Notes under the pieces: model-generated | The model's input: only the letters and a program-made list of their open reading frames with translations | What the model was told of the DNA's origin: nothing | The model's database searches: none | NCBI GenBank assembly: GCA_016212965.1 | Contig: JACRDA010000497.1 | Span: 26,487-90,486, forward strand | Reading direction: 5' to 3' | Origin: Myxococcales bacterium | GTDB taxonomy: Bacteria; Myxococcota_A; Polyangia; Polyangiales; Polyangiaceae | DNA length: 64,000 nucleotides | Program-made: the position numbers and the translations under genes | Part shown: positions 8,647 through 17,898 of the stretch, in pieces | Position numbering within the stretch: the stretch's first letter is position 1 | How the letters are laid out: each line of letters starts with the position of its first letter

Positions 8647-11600
8647 TCAAGCGTCGAGCACTGCGCGCACCTTCTGCGCCAGCGCTTCGGCCGAGAAGGG
8701 CTTCGGGATGAAGTGCGCCCCCGGGCCGAGCGCGCCCCACTCGGTCAGGGTGTCGTCGGCGTAGCCCGACACGAAGAGGATGCGCAGGTTCGGGACGACC
8801 GTCGCCAGGCGACCGGCGAGCTCGGGGCCGCTCATGAGCGGCATCATCACGTCGGTGACGAGGAGGCGGATCGCCCCGCGATGGCGCTCGCACAGGAGGA
8901 TGGCCTCGCCGCCGTTCGCCGCCGCCAGCACGTGGTACCCGGCACCGCGCAGGATGCGCACGGCTGCGCGCCGGACGCCCTCTTCGTCCTCGACGACGAG
9001 CACGGTCTCGGTGCCCCTCGCCCTGTCGCTGCCGCGCGGCAGGTCCGCGCCGGGCGCGGTCGCGGCCGCGAGCGCGAGCGCGTCGGTGCGCGGCAGGAAG
9101 ATCTCGACGCGCGCGCCGACGCCGGGCTCGGTCCACAGGTCCACGCTGCCGCCGCTCTGCGTGACGATGCCGTAGACGCTCGAAAGGCCGAGGCCGGTGC
9201 CCTTGCCCTTGTCCTTCGTCGTGAAGAACGGCTCGAAGGCCCGCTCGCGCACGGCCGGCGTCATGCCGCGGCCCGTGTCGCCGACCGCGAGCCGGACGAA
9301 GCGCCCGCTCCGGGCGCGGGCGGGACGCAGGGGGTCGCGCTCGTCGAGCTCGACGTTCGCCGTCTCGATGGTCAGGGTGCCGCCGCTCGGCATGGCGTCG
9401 CGCGCGTTGACCGCCAGGTTCATGAGCACCTGCTCGAGCTGCCCGCGATCGGCCTCGACGCGCCCGGTGTCGGGCGCGCACGTGACGACGAGCTCCACGT
9501 GCTCGCCGGCGAGTCGGCCGAGCATGGCCCGGCAGCCCTCGATGACCTCGGGCAAGAGCAGCGGTACCGGCTGCAGCACCTGCTTGCGGCTGAAGGCGAG
9601 GAGCTGGCGCGTCAGGGCGGATGCGCGCTCGGCGGCGCGCTGGATCTCGAGGACGTCCTCGCGCGCCGGGTGGCCCTGCTCCACGCCGTCGAGCGCGAAG
9701 CCCGCGTTCGTCAGGATCACGGCCAAGAGGTTGTTGAAGTCGTGCGCCACGCCGCCCGCGAGGTGACCGATGCCGTCGAGCTGCTGCGCCTGCGCGAGGC
9801 GTTCCTGGGCGCGGCGCTCCGCGGTCACATCCTCGGCGTGCAGCACCACGAGCGCGCCCGGAACGAGCCCGTAGCTGAGGATGAGGTTGCGCGTGCCATC
9901 CGCGCCCGGCAGGCGGCACTCGACCTCGCGCCGGACCGTGGCGCGCGCCTCGAGGCAGGCGGCGACGTCGGCCGCGAGCGACGGACCGAGGCGCGCGAGC
10001 TCGCCACCCGCTGCCACGCGCCCGGCGGCCGACACGGGCTCGAGCGTGGCCCGCGCGGCCTCGTTCCAGTCGGCGAGGACGAGCTCACCGTCGCGGTGCT
10101 CCCAGACGAAGGTGGCGCTCGGCAGGTGATCGTAGAGCGCGCGCGCGCGCGCCCGGCTCTCTTCGAGCTCGGCGAGCACGCGCACGTTCTCCATGGCGAC
10201 GGCGGTGGAGTCGGCGAGGGCCTGCAGCACCCCGAGCTCCTCTTCGGTCGCCGGGTGCTCGGCGGCCCAGTAGACGCCGATCGCCGCGAGCGGCCCGTCC
10301 GCGCGCACGGGTGTCATCACGAGGCTCTCGACGAAGGTCCCGCGGTAGGCGTCCTGCGGGATGCGGTCGTCGTCCCGAACGCGCTCGATGGCCACCTGCT
10401 CCTGCCGCAGCATGGCCCAGCCCGAGATGCACGCGGACAGCGGGAACTTTCGCCCCTTCCAGAGCGGCGCCACGGCGTCCTCGTCGAGGTAGTGACAGAG
10501 CGCTCCCTCCGCCACGACGAAGGTTGCGCCGTCGGCGCCGACGAGGGTGCGTGCCGCCTGGCGCACGACGTCCCCGACGGCCGCCGTCGAGCGCGCCCGC
10601 GACAGGTCCTGGATGGCCCGCGCCAGCGCGGCCATGCGCTCGGCGTGGCGCGCGCGCTCCTGCTCGGCGGCCTTGCGTGCGGTGACGACGTCGAAGACCG
10701 CGACGAAGTGGCCCGGGCTCGGGCAGTACGCCGAGACCTCGAACCACTGCCCGAGCGCCGCGACCCGGTGCTCGAAGTGCTCGGCGCGTCCGGAGCGCGC
10801 CACGCGCCCGTAGATCTCGAAGAGCTCCGGATCCGACGCGCGGATGCCGGGGATGAGCTCCGACACGCGCTTGCCGGCCGCGTCGCGGAGCCCGGTCTGG
10901 CGCTCGAACGCCGGGTTGACCTCGAGGTACTCGAAGTCGACCGTGCGCCCGTCCTCCTCGATGACGCGGCAGTAGGCGAGCCCCTCGGTCATACTCTCGA
11001 AGAGCGCGCGGTAGCGCCGCTCGCTGTCGCGCAGGGCGAGCTGGGTGCGCCACTCCGCGCGCCGCAGATCGCGGGAGCGGAGCGCGAACGCAAGATCTTG
11101 CGCGACCTCGGCGAGCAGGCTCGTCTCCTCGTCGGTCGCGAGCGACTCCGCCATCGAGACGAGCAGAGCGCCGTACACCGCGCCGTCGCACTCGAGGCGC
11201 GCCACCAGGGTACTGCGGTCGGCCGGGAAGCCCTCGCTCACGGGGCACGCGGGGCAGTCCGTCGCGGGTCGCCGGCAGATCACGGCAGCGTCGCGAAGTG
11301 CGGCGTGGAGGCACGCCGGCACCTCGCCCCGCCCGAGCACGCGCGCGATGCGCTCGAGCTTCTCGACCTCGCCGGCCTCGGCGGCGAGCTCGAGGCTTGT
11401 CCCGCGCTGCCGCACGATCGCGCACGTCGCGAAGCCCCGGGACTCGACCATGAGCTCCGCCGCGCGGGCGAGCAGCTCCGGGGAGTCGTGCTCGCGTGCG
11501 ATGAGTTGGTTGACGTTGCGGATCGCCCGGAGGACGGCGTTCAGGTGCTCGATGCGCGCGTCGGCGCGCCGTGTGGCGGTCAGCTCGACGGACAGGATGG

Positions 11601-11955
11601 CCACCCCGTCCGGAACGGGCACGAAGCGGAGCTCGAAGGTGCCGCGCGAGCCGTCCGGGAAGACGAAGTCGTTGTCGAGGCGGCGAGGCACGCCGTCGCC
11701 GAGGCAGGCCCGGAGCTCCGCGAACATCGCCGTCTGCTCGATCCCCGGGTAGCACTCCATCATGGTGCGGCCGAGGAGCGCCGCGCGTGTCGTCCTTCCG
11801 TGGAGGGTCGTCGCGTCGTTGACGTAAAGGTAGCGGAAGTCGGGGCCGATGATCTGGCAGCCCTCGAGCAGGCTGTCGACGAGGCCGCGAGGCAGCCCGC
11901 TCGTCGCACCTGGGTCGCGTGGCACGCTGAGCGATGGAGGCGCCGGTTCGGGCAT
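8647..11955 (-). CDS. Hybrid sensor histidine kinase (PAS-GAF-PAS-GAF-PAS-HisKA-HATPase-REC)
   Basis: This is the real part of ORF 8647..12435(-), starting at ATG 11955 (MPEPAPPSLS). Upstream of that the translation turns Arg/Gly-rich and junk-like. Motifs seen are GGVAHDFNNLL (H-box), QVLMNLAVNARDAM, DTGRGM, GTGLGLSSVYGIV, and a C-terminal REC (VLVVEDEE...LLVTDVMMP...PKPF). It ends 86-95 nt upstream of the HD-GYP regulator start on the same strand. Confidence 0.8.
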   Translation of the reverse strand: MPEPAPPSLSVPRDPGATSGLPRGLVDSLLEGCQIIGPDFRYLYVNDATTLHGRTTRAALLGRTMMECYPGIEQTAMFAELRACLGDGVPRRLDNDFVFPDGSRGTFELRFVPVPDGVAILSVELTATRRADARIEHLNAVLRAIRNVNQLIAREHDSPELLARAAELMVESRGFATCAIVRQRGTSLELAAEAGEVEKLERIARVLGRGEVPACLHAALRDAAVICRRPATDCPACPVSEGFPADRSTLVARLECDGAVYGALLVSMAESLATDEETSLLAEVAQDLAFALRSRDLRRAEWRTQLALRDSERRYRALFESMTEGLAYCRVIEEDGRTVDFEYLEVNPAFERQTGLRDAAGKRVSELIPGIRASDPELFEIYGRVARSGRAEHFEHRVAALGQWFEVSAYCPSPGHFVAVFDVVTARKAAEQERARHAERMAALARAIQDLSRARSTAAVGDVVRQAARTLVGADGATFVVAEGALCHYLDEDAVAPLWKGRKFPLSACISGWAMLRQEQVAIERVRDDDRIPQDAYRGTFVESLVMTPVRADGPLAAIGVYWAAEHPATEEELGVLQALADSTAVAMENVRVLAELEESRARARALYDHLPSATFVWEHRDGELVLADWNEAARATLEPVSAAGRVAAGGELARLGPSLAADVAACLEARATVRREVECRLPGADGTRNLILSYGLVPGALVVLHAEDVTAERRAQERLAQAQQLDGIGHLAGGVAHDFNNLLAVILTNAGFALDGVEQGHPAREDVLEIQRAAERASALTRQLLAFSRKQVLQPVPLLLPEVIEGCRAMLGRLAGEHVELVVTCAPDTGRVEADRGQLEQVLMNLAVNARDAMPSGGTLTIETANVELDERDPLRPARARSGRFVRLAVGDTGRGMTPAVRERAFEPFFTTKDKGKGTGLGLSSVYGIVTQSGGSVDLWTEPGVGARVEIFLPRTDALALAAATAPGADLPRGSDRARGTETVLVVEDEEGVRRAAVRILRGAGYHVLAAANGGEAILLCERHRGAIRLLVTDVMMPLMSGPELAGRLATVVPNLRILFVSGYADDTLTEWGALGPGAHFIPKPFSAEALAQKVRAVLDA

Positions 11956-12123
11956 ACGGGCGTGCGCGTCGTGGCTGCGACACGCGAATCGGGCCGAGCA
12001 TACCACTCGGGCCGGCCTGCATGCGTCGATTGCGACGAGCGACCGCGCCTGACTCCGCACCGCCACCGTGCTAACTTGCCAATCGCCACGGCGCCGGTTG
12101 CGCGTGGCACACACAGGGGGCCA

Positions 12124-14505
12124 TTGGACGACAGGCACGACACCTCGGGTGGCGATCCGTCCGGTCTTGCGTCGCCGACCGTCGGCGTAGCCGCCGGCGG
12201 GGCGCCGGTCCTCGCCTCGGCACTCGATTCCCGGGCCTACGAGCTCCTCGGTCGGGCGCTCGCCGGCTCGCCCGACCGTGCGGTGGCGCTGGTCGAGCGC
12301 GGCGGCGTCCTGCGCTTCGTCAATGCCGCGGCTGCGCGGCTCCTCGACAGCGTGCCGGAGCAGCTGGCGGGTCGCCCGCTCGCGGAGCTCCTCGGCGCCG
12401 AGCGCGCCGACGTGATGGTGCGGTCGATCGAGCACGTGCTTGCGACCGGGCAGAGCGTACAGGGCGTCGACGAGGTACGCCTTCCCGGCGGCCCGGTGTG
12501 GCTCGACTCGACGGTGGCGCCGTTCCGCGACGGGCCGGGCGCGAGCTCCGTCGCGCTCGTCATCGCCAAGGACGTGAGCGCGCGGATGCGCGCCGAGGAG
12601 CTACACCGCGCCATCCTCCAGACGGCCGTGATCGGCGTATGGCTCGTGGAGGTCGTGGACGGCGTCTCCCGCCTGGTCGAGGTGAACGACACCTACTGCG
12701 CCATGTCGGGCTACGGCCGCGACGAGCTCGTGGGCCAGCCCGCGTCGTTGCTCGACGGTGGCGACACGCCGACGCCGATCCCCGCGCCCCAAGCCTGGTC
12801 GTGTGCGGGCTGCGCGCGTTTCGAGGCGCGCCATCGGCGCCGGGACGGCTCGCGTTTCGAGGTCGAGGTGAGCGTCCAGCCGCTCGGCCGGACCGGGCGG
12901 ACGGTCCATTTCATCCATGACGCGAGCGAGCACCGCCGCGCGGTCCGCGAGCTTCAGGCCTCGAACCACGAGATCGAGGTGGCGCGGCGCTACTGGCAGC
13001 AGACCTTCGACTCGATGGGCGACGCCGTGACGATCCACGATGCGGGCTTTCGCATCCGGCACGCGAACCGCGCGGCGCTGACGCTGCTCGCGGGCGACGA
13101 GGCGTCCGTGCTCGGCCGGCACTGTCACGAGCTCTTCCATGGCCTGGCAGACGGCCCCGTGTCGGGGTGTCCCGGGCGCGAGGTGCTCGCGGCCGGCCAA
13201 TGCCACAGCTTTCGCCTCCACGAGCCGCACCTCGGCCGGTGGCTCGACGTGACCTGCGCTCCGCTCCGCGACGCCCAGGGCAAGCCGGAGCTCGTGCACG
13301 TCGTTCGCGACGTGACCGAGAAGCGGCGGCTCGAGCAGCAGTTCCAGGCGGCGCAGCGCATGGAGGCGGTCGCGCGGCTCACGGCCGGGGTGGCGCACGA
13401 CTTCAACAACCTGCTCGGGGTCATCCTGGGTGCCGCGAGCACCGAGGCGGAGACGGCCGAGGAGCGCAGCGAGGCCAGCCTTGCGATTCTTCACGCCGGC
13501 CGCCGCGCCGCGGAGCTCACGCGCCAGCTCCTGGCGTTCTCGCGGCAGCAGGTTTTCCGCATGGATCGGCTGGACGTGCGCGACGTCGTGCGCGACGTCG
13601 CGCGCCTGCTCGTGCACGTGGTGGGCGCGAGCGTCGCCGTCGAGGTCGCGGTCGCCGACGAGAGCTGCGTCGTCCTCGGCGACCGCGCCCAGCTCGAGCA
13701 GGTGCTCATGAACCTCGCGCTCAACGCCCGCGACGCCATGCCGGCGGGCGGACGGCTCGTGCTCTCCGCGCGCCGCGGTCACGTGCCGCCGGGCCGGTGC
13801 GCGGAGCTGCCCGAGCGCCTCGCGGGTCAGGTCGTGGTGCTGACCGTCGTCGACACCGGCACCGGCATGGACGCCGAGACGCTTGCGCTCGCGTTCGAGC
13901 CCTTCTTCACGACCAAGGAGCCCGGTCGGGGCACCGGGCTCGGCCTCGCCGCCGTGCACGGGATCGTGCACCAGCACGAGGGCCTCGTGAGCGCCGAGAG
14001 CGAGCCCGGCCGAGGCACGTGCTTCACGATCTTCCTGCCGCTGGCGCCGGAGGGGGTGTCGGTCTCGAAGCCCGCCCCTCGCACGGCGCGGCCGCCGCAG
14101 CCGGCGAGGCTCCGCGTCCTGGCCGTCGAGGACGAGCCGGACCTCCGACGGCTCGTCGAGCGGATCCTCGCGCGGGCGGGCTGGGAGCCGACGGTCGCGG
14201 CCGACGGCGCGGCCGCGCTCGCGCGCGCGCGCAGCGCCGCCGAGCCCTTCCACGTCCTCGTGACCGATCTCCGCCTGCCCGACATGACGGGCCTCGACCT
14301 CGCCGAGCGCCTGCTCGCCGTGCAACCGGACCTGCGCGTCGTGCTCACGACCGGCTTCACCGATGCGGCGCCGGACTGGTCGCGGCTCGGCGACGCGCCC
14401 ACCTGCTTCCTCGCGAAGCCGTGGACGGCCCAGGAGCTCGTCGAGGCCATCACGAAGACGGCCGCGGACGACACCGCCCCCGTGAGCAGCACCCCCCGGG
14501 TCTGA
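12124..14505 (+). CDS. Hybrid sensor histidine kinase (3x PAS-HisKA-HATPase-REC)
   Basis: This is the real part of the 8713..14505(+) ORF, whose first 3.4 kb is antisense to the previous kinase. There is no ATG. The best start is TTG at 12124 and the start is uncertain, because a later GTG at 12283 would truncate PAS1. Motifs seen are AGVAHDFNNLLGVIL, QVLMNLALNARDAM, DTGTGM, GTGLGLAAVHGIV, and REC (VLAVEDEP...VLVTDLRLPDM...AKPW). Confidence 0.7.
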   Translation: MDDRHDTSGGDPSGLASPTVGVAAGGAPVLASALDSRAYELLGRALAGSPDRAVALVERGGVLRFVNAAAARLLDSVPEQLAGRPLAELLGAERADVMVRSIEHVLATGQSVQGVDEVRLPGGPVWLDSTVAPFRDGPGASSVALVIAKDVSARMRAEELHRAILQTAVIGVWLVEVVDGVSRLVEVNDTYCAMSGYGRDELVGQPASLLDGGDTPTPIPAPQAWSCAGCARFEARHRRRDGSRFEVEVSVQPLGRTGRTVHFIHDASEHRRAVRELQASNHEIEVARRYWQQTFDSMGDAVTIHDAGFRIRHANRAALTLLAGDEASVLGRHCHELFHGLADGPVSGCPGREVLAAGQCHSFRLHEPHLGRWLDVTCAPLRDAQGKPELVHVVRDVTEKRRLEQQFQAAQRMEAVARLTAGVAHDFNNLLGVILGAASTEAETAEERSEASLAILHAGRRAAELTRQLLAFSRQQVFRMDRLDVRDVVRDVARLLVHVVGASVAVEVAVADESCVVLGDRAQLEQVLMNLALNARDAMPAGGRLVLSARRGHVPPGRCAELPERLAGQVVVLTVVDTGTGMDAETLALAFEPFFTTKEPGRGTGLGLAAVHGIVHQHEGLVSAESEPGRGTCFTIFLPLAPEGVSVSKPAPRTARPPQPARLRVLAVEDEPDLRRLVERILARAGWEPTVAADGAAALARARSAAEPFHVLVTDLRLPDMTGLDLAERLLAVQPDLRVVLTTGFTDAAPDWSRLGDAPTCFLAKPWTAQELVEAITKTAADDTAPVSSTPRV

Positions 14506-14508
14506 CCG

Positions 14509-15582
14509 ATGTCCACGAGCGACCAGGGCGGCCCCGAGCGCCGCAAGCCACTCGAAGCGCGCTTCGTCCCCCGCGCGGCGGTGGCGCTCGCGGCCGAGCT
14601 GCGGCTCGGAGACGCGGTGCTCGCTGGACGCGTCGAGAACCTGTCCGTGGGCGGAGCGTTTCTATGTGTCCCGGCGGACGCGCGTGCCGACGTGCCGATG
14701 GGGGCTCGCGTGGAGCTCCGGGTGGAGCTACCCGACGGGTCGCTCGCGGCACCGGCCCGAGTCGTGTGGCTGCGCGCCGACCGTGGCGCGAGCGAGCGTG
14801 GGATCGCGCTCGGCTTCGAGGATCTCCGCGAGGAGGCGGCCCTGCGGATCCACCGCGTCGTCGAGGCGCTCGAGCCGATGGCCTGGGAGGGAGCGCGGTC
14901 CGAGCGCGCCCTGCCGCGCGAGGTCGCCGCGCGCTTCGTCCCGGTGCTGCGCCGCATGGCGGCGCGGCTCGCGGGGTCGCGCCCGTCGAGCCGGACGAGT
15001 CCGGACGATCTCGTGGGCGCCGGCTTCCTCGGGCTCGTGGAGGCGCACCGGCGCTGGCCGTCGCGCACGCTCGCGGGGTTCGAGCCGTACGCTCTCGTCT
15101 GCATGCGCGGCGCCATGGTCGACGAGCTCCGCCGGGCCGATCCGTTGACGCGGCGGCAGCGGCGCCGCGCGCGCGAGATGGAGCTCGCGAGCGCGCGGCT
15201 CTGGACGGGGCTCGGCCGTCCGCCCGACGACGTCGAGGTGGCCGACTACCTCGGTCTCGGCCTCGACGAGTACCACGCCTGCCGCCGCGAGCTCGCCTCG
15301 GCGCAGACCGTCGCCTGGGTCGACGGGGCCGACCAGGTGGCGGCTCCGGCCTTCGACGCGCGCCCCGACGAGCACGTGATCGAGCGCGAGTCGCGCGCCG
15401 CGATCGAGGTCGCCTTGGCGGCCCTGCCCGAGCGCCTGCGTCGCGTGCTCGAGCTCTACTACGGCGACGAGCTCACGCTGCGCGAGATCGGCAACCTGCT
15501 CGGCGTGAGCGAGTCGCGCATCAGCCAGCTCGTCGGTCAGGCGGTCGCCACCCTGCGCAGTCGCGTGACCGACGCCGGCTGA
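14509..15582 (+). CDS. PilZ-domain / sigma-70-family (FliA/WhiG sigma-28-like) fusion protein
   Basis: ORF 14509..15582, with ATG 4 nt after the kinase stop. The N-terminal ~110 aa is PilZ-like (ERRKPLEAR...VENLSVGGAFL...ARVVWLR). The C-terminal part has sigma regions 2-4 (DLVGAGFLGLVEAHRRW, YALVCMRGAMVDELRR, LPERLRRVLELYYGDELTLREIGNLLGVSESRISQLVGQAVATLR). Confidence 0.75.
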   Translation: MSTSDQGGPERRKPLEARFVPRAAVALAAELRLGDAVLAGRVENLSVGGAFLCVPADARADVPMGARVELRVELPDGSLAAPARVVWLRADRGASERGIALGFEDLREEAALRIHRVVEALEPMAWEGARSERALPREVAARFVPVLRRMAARLAGSRPSSRTSPDDLVGAGFLGLVEAHRRWPSRTLAGFEPYALVCMRGAMVDELRRADPLTRRQRRRAREMELASARLWTGLGRPPDDVEVADYLGLGLDEYHACRRELASAQTVAWVDGADQVAAPAFDARPDEHVIERESRAAIEVALAALPERLRRVLELYYGDELTLREIGNLLGVSESRISQLVGQAVATLRSRVTDAG

Positions 15583-15641
15583 AGAGGCGCGATTCCCCTC
15601 AAGGTCGGCCGGCGGCGGCCGTTCGTGAGGGAGGAGCCCTC

Positions 15642-16820
15642 ATGAAAGCCGTCCGTCTCCGCCCCCGCCCCCGCCACGACCGCCGCGCGTCGCGCGTCGC
15701 GTGCGCCGCTTCGTTTGCCGCGGTGATGCTCGGCGCGGGGGCCGCGCGCGCGCAGCTCGGTTACGGGTTTCACGCCGAAGGGGCGGCGGCTCGCATGGTC
15801 GGCGAGCCGAAGTCGTCGCAGTTCGGCTGGGGCGGTGCCGGCCTCGTCGCGCCCGAGCTCACGGTGGCGGGGCGCGTCGGCTTCGAGGCGGCGCTCGGGG
15901 CGGTGGGCCTGTCGGACGGCGCCGTCGACGAGGCCGGGCTCGCCCCCACGGGCGCGGGTGCCGCGTTCCTGCTGCTGCCCGGCGTGCGGGTGCATCCCTT
16001 CGGCCAGCCGAGCGACCCCGGCCTCGCGGAGGCCCATGGCCTGTGGCTAGGGGGCGGGGGCGGCCTCGCCGTGACCGGCGGCTCGTCCCGGCCGGCCCTC
16101 GACGCGCGGCTCGGTTACGACCTCGACACCGGCCCGCTCCTCGTGGGCCCCTTCGCCGGGTACGTGCACATCGTCGAGCCGAACGACTCGGTGCGCCCCG
16201 CGGACGGGCGCGTCGCGCTGTTCGGGATCCACGTCGCGTTCGCGTCCCCTGCTCCGACGCCCGCGTCCGCGCCGGAGTCGACCGAGCCCGAGCACCGCGT
16301 GGCGAGCGTCCCGCCCGCCCCGGCGCGGGCGCGCGACGCGGACGGCGAGGGCGAGGTCGAGCTCGACGACCTCTGCCCGGCCGACGAGGAGACCGTGAAC
16401 GGCTACGCCGACACGGACGGCTGCCCGGACGAGCGCGAGGTGCGCGTCGTGGGCAGCGAGATCGTGCTCGACGAGCGCGTGCACTTCGCGGTGAACGGGG
16501 CGGCGGTCGAGGTGCGGAGCTGGCCCTTGCTCGCGCGGGTCGGGCGCCTCCTGCGCGACAACCCCCAGTACGCGCTCGTGCGCATCCAGGGGCACGCCGA
16601 CGACACGGGCGAGGAGAGCTACAACCAGCGCCTCTCGGTCGCACGCGGCCAGAGCGTGCGCGAGCTCATCGTGCGGACGGGCGTCTCCGACGCGCGACTG
16701 GTCGTCGAGGGCTTCGGCGAGACCCGGCCCGAGGCCGAGGGCCAGACGGAGCTCGCGCGCCGGAAGAACCGGCGGGTCGAGCTCCACATCCTCGAGCGCA
16801 GCGAGGCAGGCGATGAATGA
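15642..16820 (+). CDS. OmpA-family outer-membrane protein (N-terminal beta-rich domain plus C-terminal OmpA/peptidoglycan-binding domain)
   Basis: In frame with the tail of ORF 13167..16820. ATG at 15642 is preceded by GGGAGGAG. There is a signal peptide (AASFAAVMLGAGAARAQ). The C-terminus carries the OmpA_C signature (VHFAVNGAAV...IQGHADDTGEESYNQRLSVARGQSV...GFGETRP...NRRVEL) and thrombospondin-type-3-like DxDxD motifs (ADTDGCPDE). Confidence 0.8.
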   Translation: MKAVRLRPRPRHDRRASRVACAASFAAVMLGAGAARAQLGYGFHAEGAAARMVGEPKSSQFGWGGAGLVAPELTVAGRVGFEAALGAVGLSDGAVDEAGLAPTGAGAAFLLLPGVRVHPFGQPSDPGLAEAHGLWLGGGGGLAVTGGSSRPALDARLGYDLDTGPLLVGPFAGYVHIVEPNDSVRPADGRVALFGIHVAFASPAPTPASAPESTEPEHRVASVPPAPARARDADGEGEVELDDLCPADEETVNGYADTDGCPDEREVRVVGSEIVLDERVHFAVNGAAVEVRSWPLLARVGRLLRDNPQYALVRIQGHADDTGEESYNQRLSVARGQSVRELIVRTGVSDARLVVEGFGETRPEAEGQTELARRKNRRVELHILERSEAGDE

Positions 16821-17832
16821 CCTCACGCGCCGCGCGACGGTCGCGGCGGCCCTGTGCCTGTCCGCGGGCTGCGATCCGCTGGTGGGTGGCGAGTGCGCCG
16901 CCGGCCTCGCGCCGGTCGACCAGGTGTGCGTGCCCGTCGAGACCGTGGCCGCGTCGGGTGGGCAGGGGGGCTCCGGCGCCACGACGGCCGGGGGCGCCGG
17001 CGGCTCCGTGCTCGGTACGGGTGGCGCAGGAGCCTCCGAGGGCGGCGCGGATGCGTGCCCCTCGCCCCTCGCGGTGTGCGACGGCGCCTGCGTCGATCTC
17101 GGGACGAGCCCGCTCCACTGCGGCGCCTGCGGCCACGCCTGCCCGACCGAGGTGTGCGTGGAGGGTAGCTGCACGGGCGAGCCCGTGGGTCACGCCATCG
17201 TGCTCGGCGTCGACTACCGGCAGGTGGCGCTCGCCTCGCCGTCCGCGGTGCTGCTCGGCAACGCGGTGTTCATGACCGCCCACGACCCGGTGCGCCTCGT
17301 CGACTACCGCAAGCACGCCAGCGCTCTCGCGACCGCGCGGGTCGACGCGATCCTCGCCGCGGAGGCCGCCGCCCGCGGGCGCGGACTCGTGATCGAGCAC
17401 CTCGCGGACGCCGACGCCCTCGCCTCGTGCGTGGCGAACTCCACCTGCGACGCCGTGCTCGTGCATCACCAGACGGTGCTCTCCGGGCTCGCTTCGTCGC
17501 CGGGCGGCGCGTGGGCGGCTCCGCTCGCCGCCCTGGTCGATGCGGGCGGCGTCGCCGTCGTCCTCGCGAGCGCCACGGGCTCGAAGTCCGCCACGGCGGC
17601 GTTCGTGGACGCGCTCGGCCTCGTGCCGGCGACGGCCATCACGCCCGTCGGCGGGCAGCTCGTCTACCACGAGGGCTGGCTCGACGTGCTCGGGCAGGGC
17701 GTGCTCGCTCCCTTCCTCGCGCCGCCCGGCAGCGGCAGCTTCGTCACCGACGCCGAGCCCGGCGCGACCCTCTCGTTCGTGCTGCGGAGCGCGTCCGGCG
17801 AGCCCATCGCCATCCATCGCGCCTACCCCTGA
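16813..17832 (+). CDS. Lipoprotein with a Cys-rich motif and an alpha/beta C-terminal domain (hypothetical)
   Basis: ORF 16813..17832. The ATG overlaps the OmpA stop by 8 nt (ATGAATGA). Lipobox is LCLSAGC. It carries CDGACVDLGTSPLHCGACGHACPTEVCVEGSC, the same D..T.P.HCG.CG..C unit that is repeated in 41683..43884. Confidence 0.65.
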   Translation: MNDLTRRATVAAALCLSAGCDPLVGGECAAGLAPVDQVCVPVETVAASGGQGGSGATTAGGAGGSVLGTGGAGASEGGADACPSPLAVCDGACVDLGTSPLHCGACGHACPTEVCVEGSCTGEPVGHAIVLGVDYRQVALASPSAVLLGNAVFMTAHDPVRLVDYRKHASALATARVDAILAAEAAARGRGLVIEHLADADALASCVANSTCDAVLVHHQTVLSGLASSPGGAWAAPLAALVDAGGVAVVLASATGSKSATAAFVDALGLVPATAITPVGGQLVYHEGWLDVLGQGVLAPFLAPPGSGSFVTDAEPGATLSFVLRSASGEPIAIHRAYP

Positions 17833-17898
17833 CGGCTCCTTGCGGCGCGGCCCGATCTTTTCGCTCAAGTCCCGGGCCGCTCGGCCGTTGGTAGCGAC

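Noticed and set aside
8713-12123. The first 3.4 kb of the 1930-aa + strand ORF 8713..14505
   Set aside because: It is antisense to the hybrid kinase 8647..11955, and the translation is Arg/Asp/Gly/Ala-rich with no domains. Only the part from ~12124 onward carries PAS/HisKA/HATPase/REC motifs.
14509-15582. The possibility that the PilZ and sigma parts are two separate genes
   Set aside because: There is no stop codon or frame change between the parts, so on the sequence alone it is one ORF. Internal Met codons do exist (MAWEGARS, MAARLAG), so an independently translated sigma cannot be excluded without experimental data.
13167-15641. The first 2.5 kb of the 1217-aa + ORF 13167..16820
   Set aside because: It is out of frame with the hybrid kinase and the PilZ-sigma gene, and the translation is Arg/Pro/Gly-rich. 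Only the OmpA-family part from ATG 15642, preceded by GGGAGGAG, is credible.
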